From the IMG/VR virus record IMGVR_UViG_3300003316_000129: 20,000 nucleotides of DNA. One strand, given 5' to 3'. The notes beneath the pieces were generated by a model. The model had not been told where the DNA came from. It did no database searches and saw only the letters and a list, made by a program, of their open reading frames with translations. The translations under genes and the position numbers were made by a program. Numbering within the stretch: position 1 is the first letter of the stretch; the number at the start of each line of letters is the position of its first letter. Source of the stretch: an uncultured virus (IMG/VR IMGVR_UViG_3300003316_000129). Taxonomy: Duplodnaviria > Heunggongvirae > Uroviricota > Caudoviricetes. Below are positions 1-9,241 of the stretch, one piece after another.

Positions 1-2
1 TT

Positions 3-1844
3 GTTGCTATTGCTCCTGATGTAATGAAATTGGTAGCAAATATTGTTCGTGATGGTATAGATAAACTTCCAGATGTTATTGACGCTGTCCATAATTATTT
101 AAAAGACAACTTGCCAGAACTTACAAAAGAAGATGTGCATAATATTATAGCTGGTGAATATTCACAAAAGCAAACAAAGACTTCATTACAAGAAAAGATA
201 GCCGAAATAAAAATGGAGGCTACTTTGATAAATAGACTTGAATCTTTAAAGGCCGGTGTGCAGCCTAAATCCGAAAGACAAAGAAAAATTAGAAGCGCTG
301 AAATAGAAAAGTTGCGCGGGCAAATAAAAGAATTAACCGACCGACCAGAAAAAACCGAAGCGGAAAATTTAGCCGCATTAAAGGCTAGATATAAAAAACA
401 AACAGCAGAACTACAAAAGAAAATTGACGAAGGTGACTTTGAGCCAGAAGAACGAAAAGAGTTGGAATTGGATAAAGAAGCACAGGATTTAAAAGATGCC
501 TATATCAAAAAGAAAATAGAATGGCAAAAACACATAGCTCAAGAGGCGTATAATAATAGAACAACAGGAGAAAAGGCAAAAGACAGAGTTATAGAAGTTT
601 TGAATATACCAAGAACCCTAATGGCTTCCGCGGATTTATCAGCGCCATTGCGACAGGGGTTAGTTGTAACGGCTTCACATCCAGGTATAGCATCAAAGGC
701 TTTCGTTGAGAGCGTTAGGCAGGCGATTAGTCCTGCTCGTTTTGATAGATGGTTGTATGATTTAAAAGAAAGCGAATATTATAAAAATGTGCTTGAAAAG
801 TCCGGGTTGTATATAGCCGATCCTAATAATTTGCATTTGTCTGCAAAAGAAGAGGCGTTTATGACGAATCTGGCAGAAAAAATACCATTAATTGGAGATA
901 CATTAAAACTTGGGAAGTTTGGAAAGAAGATTGGTTTAGGAGAGGATGCAAAATTGCCAGGTTTGGGAATTGTATCTAAAAGCGAACGAGCATATGTAGC
1001 GTATCTAAACAAAATGAGAGTGGATATATTTACCATGTATGCAAAAGCTTTAGCTGATGATAAGATGACACCAAAAACGCATCCTGAAGTTTATGAGGGC
1101 CTGGCAACATTTGTAAATGCGGCTACTGGGCGTGGTGAACTAGGCGCATTAGAGCCTGCTGCAAAGGTATTGAACACGGTATTTTTCTCTCCACGATTAA
1201 TGGCATCCAGAATAAATATGCTAAATCCGGTATGGTATGCATCCTTACCAAGAGCAGTACGAATAATGGCATTAAAAGATATGGGTAAGACTATTGGATT
1301 GGGAGCCGCAACGCTTACACTATTGTCTATGGTTCCGGGAATTAAAGTAGAAACAGACCCCAGAAGCACAGACTTTGGTAAGGTGCATGCTGGAAATACT
1401 AGATGGGATATTTGGGGTGGATTTCAGCAATATGTTCGTGTGATGGCTCAGGTATTAAGCCAGAAGGAGAAAAAGGGAGATGGAAGCGTAGTGCCTCTTG
1501 GGTCGAAAATCGGACAAGAATCAGCAGGAACAAAAATACTCAAGTTGTTTAGAGGCAAATTAGCTCCCATCCCGTCAATAGTTACGGATATTGCTATGGG
1601 TAAAACCGCAACAGGCGAAGATGTGGAATTAAAAAGTGAATTAAAGGAGCATCTTATTCCAATGATAGGCAATGACATTGCTGACGCATGGAAAGAACAG
1701 GGGCCAGCATCCATAGCCGCTGTAGGTATACCAAGCTTTTTGGGCATTGGCACAACAACATATGAGTCAAAATCCCCCAAATCAAAATCGCATGCTCATT
1801 CAAAAAACTCAAAATCTAAACATAAAAAGCACATAAAAAAATAG
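3..1844 (+). CDS. Large virion-associated (ejection/internal-type) protein, C-terminal part; 5' truncated by window
   Basis: Frame is open from the window edge upstream of ATG 24. Coiled-coil N-part followed by motifs (SADLSAPLRQG, FFSPRL, DPRSTDFGK..GNTRWDIWGGFQQYVR) that I recognise from giant phage virion proteins. K/H/S-rich basic tail. Confidence 0.6.
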   Translation, partial: VAIAPDVMKLVANIVRDGIDKLPDVIDAVHNYLKDNLPELTKEDVHNIIAGEYSQKQTKTSLQEKIAEIKMEATLINRLESLKAGVQPKSERQRKIRSAEIEKLRGQIKELTDRPEKTEAENLAALKARYKKQTAELQKKIDEGDFEPEERKELELDKEAQDLKDAYIKKKIEWQKHIAQEAYNNRTTGEKAKDRVIEVLNIPRTLMASADLSAPLRQGLVVTASHPGIASKAFVESVRQAISPARFDRWLYDLKESEYYKNVLEKSGLYIADPNNLHLSAKEEAFMTNLAEKIPLIGDTLKLGKFGKKIGLGEDAKLPGLGIVSKSERAYVAYLNKMRVDIFTMYAKALADDKMTPKTHPEVYEGLATFVNAATGRGELGALEPAAKVLNTVFFSPRLMASRINMLNPVWYASLPRAVRIMALKDMGKTIGLGAATLTLLSMVPGIKVETDPRSTDFGKVHAGNTRWDIWGGFQQYVRVMAQVLSQKEKKGDGSVVPLGSKIGQESAGTKILKLFRGKLAPIPSIVTDIAMGKTATGEDVELKSELKEHLIPMIGNDIADAWKEQGPASIAAVGIPSFLGIGTTTYESKSPKSKSHAHSKNSKSKHKKHIKK

Positions 1845-1848
1845 GTAT

Positions 1849-2385
1849 ATGGAAAAGAAAGTAATGTTTAAGAAAAGAATAACTGCTACTAATGATGGCG
1901 ATCCTATTTCACCGCCATCAAATTACAAGCCGTTGACAGTCCAACAAAGAAAGGACTGGAATGATTTTCTTGATTATTTAGAAAAAGAAGGGATAGGAGG
2001 AAAAACAGATTTAGATAAAAGAGATCAAGCATTAGGATTGAAGTATCTACAAAAATATCGTGCCATGAATCCTAAAACAATGGTAACACCAGATATGATC
2101 CCATCTGTTCAGTATGAGCAATACATGCTTCGAAAAGGCGATAGTTTCCCTGGACTAAAACCAGAGGAATTGGCTTATATCAGAAAGGGATTAAATCCAG
2201 CTTTCCTAAATAAGCCGGTATCACCAGTGGATTCGTGGCTAGGTTCGCTTACATCGAGACAATATTATCCAACTGCGCGACGAGGTACTAATCAAGGGGC
2301 CTCTTACGATTTTGGGGTTAATATGGAAGACTACGTTAGGAGTTTACAAAATTCTGAATTACAGGAAAAATACAGGGTAAAATAA
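1849..2385 (+). CDS. Hypothetical phage protein
   Basis: 178-aa ORF starting 4 nt after the previous stop; no recognisable motif. Confidence 0.7.
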   Translation: MEKKVMFKKRITATNDGDPISPPSNYKPLTVQQRKDWNDFLDYLEKEGIGGKTDLDKRDQALGLKYLQKYRAMNPKTMVTPDMIPSVQYEQYMLRKGDSFPGLKPEELAYIRKGLNPAFLNKPVSPVDSWLGSLTSRQYYPTARRGTNQGASYDFGVNMEDYVRSLQNSELQEKYRVK

Positions 2386-2432
2386 TCAATAAATAAAAGT
2401 AATTTTATATCATATTTCAATACCTGATTTGT

Positions 2433-2966
2433 ATGGCGTTCACCGGCACTTTTTCTATTACGCAAACTTCTGATTTTTCATCGTTCACTGTGAACGATTT
2501 AAGCTCATACGCGGGAGAAGGACAGGGTACTTTTTCTGGTAGAAGAATCTATATTTATAATGTCGACGGAACCACTCGCGTACCGACTGGCACAACCACT
2601 TCATATATCAATTTCCCTTTTACAGATGGTTCAAGTAAATTAATAAGTGGCATATTGGATACAGATGCCTCGTTGCTTATTAATGTGGTGTGGCTGAGTA
2701 ATAACCCACAGCCCGGTTCAACTTATGATGCGCAGGATGTTTATTCATTCTTGAATTATTTAAAGCAATTTTTGAATGGGCAGATAAGTAACTTATCTGA
2801 TAATCCAGATGTGTTAAACAATACGAACTGGTATACTGACTTGTTCAAATTGCAAACAGAAATTAATAATGCTGAATCGGCAACTGATGATGGTCAGCAG
2901 TATTCTGCGCAGGCAGCAATTAGTAGAGGATTATACCTTAAACAAAACTCACAATTCTTTTTCTAA
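2433..2966 (+). CDS. Putative structural/tail protein
   Basis: 177 aa; beta-rich S/T/N N-terminal half and helical C-terminal half; TAATG overlap with next gene. Confidence 0.55.
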   Translation: MAFTGTFSITQTSDFSSFTVNDLSSYAGEGQGTFSGRRIYIYNVDGTTRVPTGTTTSYINFPFTDGSSKLISGILDTDASLLINVVWLSNNPQPGSTYDAQDVYSFLNYLKQFLNGQISNLSDNPDVLNNTNWYTDLFKLQTEINNAESATDDGQQYSAQAAISRGLYLKQNSQFFF

Positions 2967-3538
2967 TGGCAGTCCCAGTATCAACATATCTTAATTATGC
3001 CAGAATATGTCAATATCTATCATCAGATGGTAATTCTAAAAAGAGACTATTTCAGGGAGGCGGTGATAGACCTTCCCAACCGGCACTCCTTTATATAGTA
3101 AGGGAATCCGTTCAGTGGTTGTATGACATTGATCCAACTAATACTGGCCTGCCAAAACAGGCTAACTATTTGTTTTCATTGTGCAATCCGTATGTGCATT
3201 TGGCTCAGAATATAATCAATTCCGGGAGTACTGGTAATATTATAAATCCTTCAACTGGTAATAACGTGACAATAGCAACACCTTTGGTTCAGTTTCGAGT
3301 TGGAGATATTGGGGCTCCAATGACTGCCGGACAAACAACACTCACTCTGAATTATTCAGGAGTGGTAAATCCAAGCATTGAGATAACATTGGATGGAACC
3401 GAACTTCCGTATAATGACAGCAATCAAATATCATATACGGCATCCTACAACACAAACAACATTCAAATAGTGTTCAATCAGGGCGTGCAGAACGGTCAAT
3501 TATATATGATACATTTTGTGCAACTTGTTAATGTGTAA
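2966..3538 (+). CDS. Putative structural/tail protein
   Basis: 190 aa; helical N-half, beta-rich C-terminal domain; coupled to neighbours and directly upstream of the fibre gene. Confidence 0.55.
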   Translation: MAVPVSTYLNYARICQYLSSDGNSKKRLFQGGGDRPSQPALLYIVRESVQWLYDIDPTNTGLPKQANYLFSLCNPYVHLAQNIINSGSTGNIINPSTGNNVTIATPLVQFRVGDIGAPMTAGQTTLTLNYSGVVNPSIEITLDGTELPYNDSNQISYTASYNTNNIQIVFNQGVQNGQLYMIHFVQLVNV

Positions 3539-3540
3539 TA

Positions 3541-6500
3541 ATGAAAAAGATATTATTATTAGTATTCGTCTTAGTTAGCTTTATTGGTAAATCGCAACAA
3601 AGATTTCCAACAGGGTTCCCTACTCAGTTAAATACTGGATGGAATAGATGGGGGTATGCAATGAGTGACAGTGGTCTTATTGTGGCCAATAGAGATACGA
3701 ATTGGTTGGCTAAATTTAGTGGAACAATCGTTTTTAAGCCTTCTAATAAAGAATTTTATTGGTTTGATAGTACTACTCTTACGTGGAAGAGATTTGGATA
3801 TTTAGATACAACCTCATTAAGCAATAGAATAAATCTTAAATTAAACATATCAGACACAACAGGTAAGTGGCTAGAACAATCTACAAGATTAGTAGATACG
3901 ATGTATCGAGTCAATGACTCTACAATAGGATATACGATTAAAGGGAATGTATATACATTCCAAATATTGGGTAGATCATCAGGTGGCGGCGGCGGAAGTG
4001 GTGTTACGAGTGTTGGATTGTCTATGCCATCTGCTTTTAGTGTATCAGGTTCTCCTGTTACTTCAAGCGGCACATTGGCTGTATCTGGCGCGGGAACCAC
4101 ATTGCAATATATGAGAGGGAATGGTACATTGGCCACTACAGATACTACTATGGTGCCTAATTTTTATTTAAAGGTTCGAGGATTGTTATCTGGTACATCG
4201 CCAATAACATTCAATACTACTACGGGCGCAATAGGGATTACAAATGCAAACACTTCTGGTACTAAAGGGGCAGCTACCTTTAGTTCATCTTCATTTTCAG
4301 ACAATGGGTTGGGGTTAATAAGCTTAGTTGATGTTGTTAGTGCTGGAAGCTGCAATAATTGCAATGTAGTTTTTGATAGTAAAGGTAGAGCTACATCATT
4401 TTCAAATGGAAGTGGAGGTGTTGTTATTGATACTGCTGATAATGGACTAACTAAAGTACAAGACACAATTAGGCTTGGAGATGTATCTGGCCCCGGTGCG
4501 CCACTCAAACATAATACATTTATTGATAATAATGGATTTAAGTTTCAATTAGAAGATAGGACTACTGGCGCTACGTTACAAATTGATCCAGCAAATGGGG
4601 CGTATCAGATCGGTAAGAATGTCACCAATGGCGCATATCTTGGTCTTGATACGATTCTGCACCAGTTCACGCTTCAATCTGGAAACGCTGCTTATATAAA
4701 TATGGATGCTTCTATAAACCATTTTAAGGTGGTAATGCAAAGTGGATTTCCATTTCTTGATTTGGACGCTGACAATGGAACGCATAAGATAGGGGATGTT
4801 TCCTCATTTGGAAGCGGGAATAATACATATTTAAATGTTGATGATGCAAATTCTCAGTTCATATTTAGTACGGGCGGAGTAACAAAAGCATTGTTGGATG
4901 CTAACGGTCAATGGAAGTGGCCTGGTTATCCGGCATTAACGGCCCAAATAGACACTACAACATACAAACCAATAGCAATAGATGGTTCTGGTAATGTAGT
5001 GAAAATGGCCGGATGGGCAGGGAGCGGGGGCGGTGGTACTGGTGGTGGGATTGCTTATATATATTCATCTACGGCTCCCACAGGGAATGATACATCTAAG
5101 CTATGGGTTAAGACTCCCGCTATTGCTGGGGTATATGATGTGTACACTCATATTTCTAATGCGCAACCATTATGGCAACGTTTTGGGTGGTTGACTATTG
5201 ATGGTTTTTTTTCGACATTATCCCCTATCAATCTCGCTGGTGCCGGACAATCTAATATGGGGGGCGTATATCCAGGAGGTGATACTTCATGGGTAAACGG
5301 AATTGTAGCATACACAAGCGGGTCGGCTAATTCTGGAATAGATAATCCTACGCATTGGGAGACTGCTCGAATAGGCAAGTCTCCATTCTACTTAGACAAT
5401 AATAATATGGCTTATCAGTTTGCTAAGAACCTAAGAATAAAGGAGGGTCGAATAGTCAGAATAGTTATGACATATCAGGGTGGGGTAGGGTTAAGTGCAT
5501 GGCTATGCGGAAGCCCACATTATCTGCTAGATACATTGCGCAATAGGCTATCAAGATCGGGCATCGATACTTTACAGGCGTTTTTGTGGCATCATGGCGA
5601 AGCGGGTGGATGTACAGGTAACCTATCGGGGGGGTACTATAAGGACATGGCTGATTTTTACGACACGCTTTGCGTCAATACAAATGGATTCTTTCGAAAT
5701 GTGACACAATTTATAGCCGGAGAATTAGGAGGATTAGATGCAGCAAATAGGAATACGGAATGGCCTTTTACATCTGCTAATGGGGCAATAAGAAAGATGA
5801 ATGAAGATGGTAATTTGAATACCGCATCTGTGCCATCCTATAGTCTATCTCGTTGTGATGACACTCACTTCTGTGGGACAGCATTAGATACGATGGGGCT
5901 GCGTATGTATGGGGCGTATAAAGAAATGCCTCATACTGTTGCATATGAAACAAGACAGCTAAGGGGCAACTTCGATACAACATACGAACAGTTAAAGTAT
6001 GATGAATCTAATTTTCTCGAACCTGCTTCTGGCAGTGGGTTTTTGTATAAATACTACACTACTTCATTTGCCTGGCGTGTAGGCGGAATCAATACCCTTG
6101 CAATTAATAATGATGGAACAGTTGGGGTGTCTAATGCAGACGCAATTCCTGGGGTTAATACGAGCGCTGGATTAAAAGTAAATAGCAGGATGTCGTTAGC
6201 AGATGGAACTAACTCGATTATTGCAATAAACTTCAATCCTAATGCAACGGGAGGACTTCAACGAAATGTTATATTCACAAATTATTCATCAAACTGGAAT
6301 TTAAACCCTGAATCGGACAATGTTTTCATGGGTTACAATGCAGGAGCTACAGCCAGTAGGATGTCATTGAACTCTGTAATGATTGGAAGCGATGCAGGTA
6401 ATGGACTTACACCTGCTGGATCAGGGGATTATAATATAGGGATTGGTAAAGGTGTATTCACGAGTAGTGCTGTGGCTGCATGGACGATTGCGATAGGACA

Positions 6501-7422
6501 CTTGAATGGTGCCGGAATGTATGGTGGTGGGAATACATTAATAGGTCACGAAGTTTCTTGTCCTGCTAATATAAGCAATGCTAGTGTATATGGATATACT
6601 GCTGTAGCTGATAGCAGTAATCAGGTCGTGCTAGGAAACTCAGATATAACACAATTGAAAGTTGGGGATAATATCAGATTCAAAGTAAGTGCAACCCCTA
6701 ATAACGGAGATACATGGGTGTATGATAATAGCACACAAGAATTTAAGCCTCAAGCTCTTTCATCTGTAACTACCATATACAATGGTAATGGGACATTGTC
6801 GGGGAATAGAACGGTTACCGGAGGAAGCAATAGTTTGACATTTAATGGTATATCTAATTTCAAGGTTAATGCAAATGTGCTTGCGATCGATAAAAGTACA
6901 GCAACTGCACCCTATTCGTTTGGAGTAATAGGTGCTTCAAATCAATTATGGGTTGGTTATACTCCAACAGCAGCAGTTTATAGTAAAGGAGCGGCAATGA
7001 TCATTGATACCAATAACAATGTGAGTTTGGGAGATGCGATCATACCGACTACAGCCCCTTTGTATAGTGCAGGAGGTTCTGTTTATGCTGATGCATTACA
7101 GTTAGAGGCTAGTATATTCCAGAAAGTACAATCTGTTACTTCTGACATTACAGCTACTTTGTATCAATACTATTTCAGGATAGATGCCACATCCGGTAAT
7201 ATAACCATTACTCTCCCGGCCGCTAGTACTGCGTTTGGGAATAGTATAGGGATAAAGTATGTATTTAAGAGAATAGATAATAGTGCGAATACGGTTACAA
7301 TTCAAAGGGCTGGAACCCCTGGAACGGATACGATAGACGGAGCGGCATCATTCGTATTAAATACTCAGTATGAGGTAAAGAGATTGCAATGTTCTAGTGC
7401 TTCTACATGGGATATTGAATAA
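3541..7422 (+). CDS. Tail fibre/spike-like protein with N-terminal signal peptide and SGNH (sialate O-acetylesterase/SASA-like) esterase domain
   Basis: MKKILLLVFVLVSFIGKS|QQ signal peptide; fibre motif VTSVGLSMPSAFSVSGSPVTSSGTL; poly-Gly linkers; GQSNM (5245), FLWHHGE and DDTHF SGNH blocks; NxxIG-type beta-roll repeats; C-terminal DATSGNITITLPAA..KRIDNSANTVTI..TIDG domain typical of phage fibres. Confidence 0.75.
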   Translation: MKKILLLVFVLVSFIGKSQQRFPTGFPTQLNTGWNRWGYAMSDSGLIVANRDTNWLAKFSGTIVFKPSNKEFYWFDSTTLTWKRFGYLDTTSLSNRINLKLNISDTTGKWLEQSTRLVDTMYRVNDSTIGYTIKGNVYTFQILGRSSGGGGGSGVTSVGLSMPSAFSVSGSPVTSSGTLAVSGAGTTLQYMRGNGTLATTDTTMVPNFYLKVRGLLSGTSPITFNTTTGAIGITNANTSGTKGAATFSSSSFSDNGLGLISLVDVVSAGSCNNCNVVFDSKGRATSFSNGSGGVVIDTADNGLTKVQDTIRLGDVSGPGAPLKHNTFIDNNGFKFQLEDRTTGATLQIDPANGAYQIGKNVTNGAYLGLDTILHQFTLQSGNAAYINMDASINHFKVVMQSGFPFLDLDADNGTHKIGDVSSFGSGNNTYLNVDDANSQFIFSTGGVTKALLDANGQWKWPGYPALTAQIDTTTYKPIAIDGSGNVVKMAGWAGSGGGGTGGGIAYIYSSTAPTGNDTSKLWVKTPAIAGVYDVYTHISNAQPLWQRFGWLTIDGFFSTLSPINLAGAGQSNMGGVYPGGDTSWVNGIVAYTSGSANSGIDNPTHWETARIGKSPFYLDNNNMAYQFAKNLRIKEGRIVRIVMTYQGGVGLSAWLCGSPHYLLDTLRNRLSRSGIDTLQAFLWHHGEAGGCTGNLSGGYYKDMADFYDTLCVNTNGFFRNVTQFIAGELGGLDAANRNTEWPFTSANGAIRKMNEDGNLNTASVPSYSLSRCDDTHFCGTALDTMGLRMYGAYKEMPHTVAYETRQLRGNFDTTYEQLKYDESNFLEPASGSGFLYKYYTTSFAWRVGGINTLAINNDGTVGVSNADAIPGVNTSAGLKVNSRMSLADGTNSIIAINFNPNATGGLQRNVIFTNYSSNWNLNPESDNVFMGYNAGATASRMSLNSVMIGSDAGNGLTPAGSGDYNIGIGKGVFTSSAVAAWTIAIGHLNGAGMYGGGNTLIGHEVSCPANISNASVYGYTAVADSSNQVVLGNSDITQLKVGDNIRFKVSATPNNGDTWVYDNSTQEFKPQALSSVTTIYNGNGTLSGNRTVTGGSNSLTFNGISNFKVNANVLAIDKSTATAPYSFGVIGASNQLWVGYTPTAAVYSKGAAMIIDTNNNVSLGDAIIPTTAPLYSAGGSVYADALQLEASIFQKVQSVTSDITATLYQYYFRIDATSGNITITLPAASTAFGNSIGIKYVFKRIDNSANTVTIQRAGTPGTDTIDGAASFVLNTQYEVKRLQCSSASTWDIE

Positions 7423-7500
7423 AATGATATAGTGATATGAGGATTTATTTTTAAGAGACGGGGCATTAAATATTTCATAAGCAGTTTAAATTAACATAAC

Positions 7501-7869
7501 ATGTCATATTTGCCTAATCCATATAAATTATTAGGGAAGAAAGTTAGTGCTAATATGAATAGCACTTCCGATCAGGTTATCGCAATGGGCGCTAGTAAAT
7601 ACTTTATTGACAAAGTAGTAATTACTAATGCGTCAACAAATTTAACATTGGCAGTAGGTGGGTTATATACAGCAGCATCTAAGGGTGGTACTCAGATAAT
7701 AGCAAATACACAAGTGTTTTCTGCGTTAACAGTGGGCACGAAAATATTACTATTGACATCACTGATTACAGGGGATGTGATAACTGCTGGGCAGCTTTAT
7801 TTATCATTAACGACTGCTCAGGGGGCTACTGCTACCGCCGATTTATATATCTATGGATACGAATTATAA
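7501..7869 (+). CDS. Hypothetical beta-rich protein, possibly minor structural
   Basis: 122 aa, A/T/S/G-rich, follows the fibre gene. Confidence 0.6.
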   Translation: MSYLPNPYKLLGKKVSANMNSTSDQVIAMGASKYFIDKVVITNASTNLTLAVGGLYTAASKGGTQIIANTQVFSALTVGTKILLLTSLITGDVITAGQLYLSLTTAQGATATADLYIYGYEL

Positions 7870-7890
7870 TGATACCAAAAACAAACAAAA

Positions 7891-8280
7891 ATGATTAATT
7901 ACATATTTGATTACGCTGCGTTTTTACTTGGGTCTGTTTTGTACGTATTAGGTAAAATACAAGAGTTTAAGGAGTTGGCAGAGGCCAACCCCGACCCTAA
8001 TGTGAAGTACGATTTCAAGCATATGATTTCAAAAGAGGCGATAAATTTTATTCGCTTATTAGTTGGGGGCATTGCATTAGTATGGTTCATGCCAATGTTA
8101 ATTGGCGGTGCTACTGTCGATATAAAAAGCACAGAGGGCGCTGTTATCACTACATTAGCGCTTCAAACTTTATTATTGCCGTTTTATTTTTTTGTTGGCT
8201 ATTCAGGAAATAGTGCGCTGTTTGCCATATTCGGGAAGTACAAAAAAACATTACTAAATAGGGTTGGTGTTCAGGATTAA
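7891..8280 (+). CDS. Membrane protein (holin candidate)
   Basis: About 3 hydrophobic segments, basic C-terminus, strong A-rich start context (AAAACAAACAAAA-ATG). Confidence 0.55.
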   Translation: MINYIFDYAAFLLGSVLYVLGKIQEFKELAEANPDPNVKYDFKHMISKEAINFIRLLVGGIALVWFMPMLIGGATVDIKSTEGAVITTLALQTLLLPFYFFVGYSGNSALFAIFGKYKKTLLNRVGVQD

Positions 8281-8295
8281 ATAAATTAGTTGTAT

Positions 8296-8466
8296 ATGAG
8301 TAATATAAAAAAACTAAAATCCTTACTTGAAGAGGTAAAAAAGACTCACACGAAGATAGGAGAACAAATAAAAGAAATAGAAAATGAAATTGAGCTACTT
8401 AGTGAGATGTCTAATGAAGAAGATGGCGGAGGTGGTAATAACCCTGAGCCGCCTGATATACCATAA
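8296..8466 (+). CDS. Small coiled-coil peptide with Gly/Pro tail (56 aa, not in ORF track)
   Basis: Hand translation: MSNIKKLKSLLEEVKKTHTKIGEQIKEIENEIELLSEMSNEEDGGGGNNPEPPDIP*; fills the gap after 8280. Confidence 0.7.
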   Translation: MSNIKKLKSLLEEVKKTHTKIGEQIKEIENEIELLSEMSNEEDGGGGNNPEPPDIP

Positions 8467-8806
8467 TTCATTTCAATTATCACTAACGGTATACACATCT
8501 GGCTTAATTACCTTTCATACATTTGCGTTCTTTAATAACAATAATTGGAAGAAAGTATATTATGTATGGGATAATACAGTGGATTCATTATTTATAATAG
8601 CATTATATCAATTACTCCCAAACCATAGGAAAACCATTCTGTATATTTTAATTTATTCATTATGCCGTCTAAGTTTCAGAATAACGGATATATTTCTAGG
8701 GTTGGGAGCAAATCATCCAGCTACGATAAACGCATTGTTCATGATAATGTTAATGGGTTTATTAATAGTAACAATCCGACAAATAATCAGCGAATGGAAA
8801 CAATAA
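8414..8806 (+). CDS. Multi-pass membrane protein (start probably 8414 or 8423 rather than 8384)
   Basis: About 4 hydrophobic segments; overlaps the upstream peptide gene and the downstream gene. Confidence 0.6.
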   Translation: MKKMAEVVITLSRLIYHNSFQLSLTVYTSGLITFHTFAFFNNNNWKKVYYVWDNTVDSLFIIALYQLLPNHRKTILYILIYSLCRLSFRITDIFLGLGANHPATINALFMIMLMGLLIVTIRQIISEWKQ

Positions 8807-9015
8807 TTACTATTTTTTCTTTTTTGGGTGTAAGCTCCTACGTCCTCGGCATTCTTTTAAATCTAAACACAATTAAGTCGGATATTCTTTTCTTCTTTGG
8901 GTTAATATTTATCGTCGCTAAGCTCGTTAGGTATTCTGTAAGAACCTGGCAAGCGTACAAAAGAGAAGAAATAGAACAGGAAATACTTAGAAAAAAAATA
9001 GAAGATGATGAGTGA
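8794..9015 (+). CDS. Small 2-TM membrane protein, holin candidate (true start probably 8794, not 8662)
   Basis: METIITIFSFLGVSSYVLGILL..DILFFFGLIFIVAKLVRY followed by a highly charged C-terminus; class II holin-like topology. Confidence 0.55.
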   Translation: METIITIFSFLGVSSYVLGILLNLNTIKSDILFFFGLIFIVAKLVRYSVRTWQAYKREEIEQEILRKKIEDDE

Positions 9016-9058
9016 ATATTTTGTTGAAACCGGAAGTTTCAAATAAATTTGGCCAAGT

Positions 9059-9241
9059 ATGTATAGGGATGAATATTTACGATTCAATGAATTGATTAAA
9101 AAAGCTAACGTAAGTCGCTCTACTTTGTATAGATTGATAAAATCCGGGGCAATAAAAATTGAAAAAATAGGCACCTTGAATTTATATTCTTATAAGGATG
9201 TTATAAATAATAAACCGCGTAAAAATGAAGCTAGAAGTTAA
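9059..9241 (+). CDS. Excisionase/AlpA-like helix-turn-helix DNA-binding protein
   Basis: YLRFNELIKKANVSRSTLYRLIKSGAI..KIG matches the HTH_17/AlpA pattern. Confidence 0.7.
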   Translation: MYRDEYLRFNELIKKANVSRSTLYRLIKSGAIKIEKIGTLNLYSYKDVINNKPRKNEARS

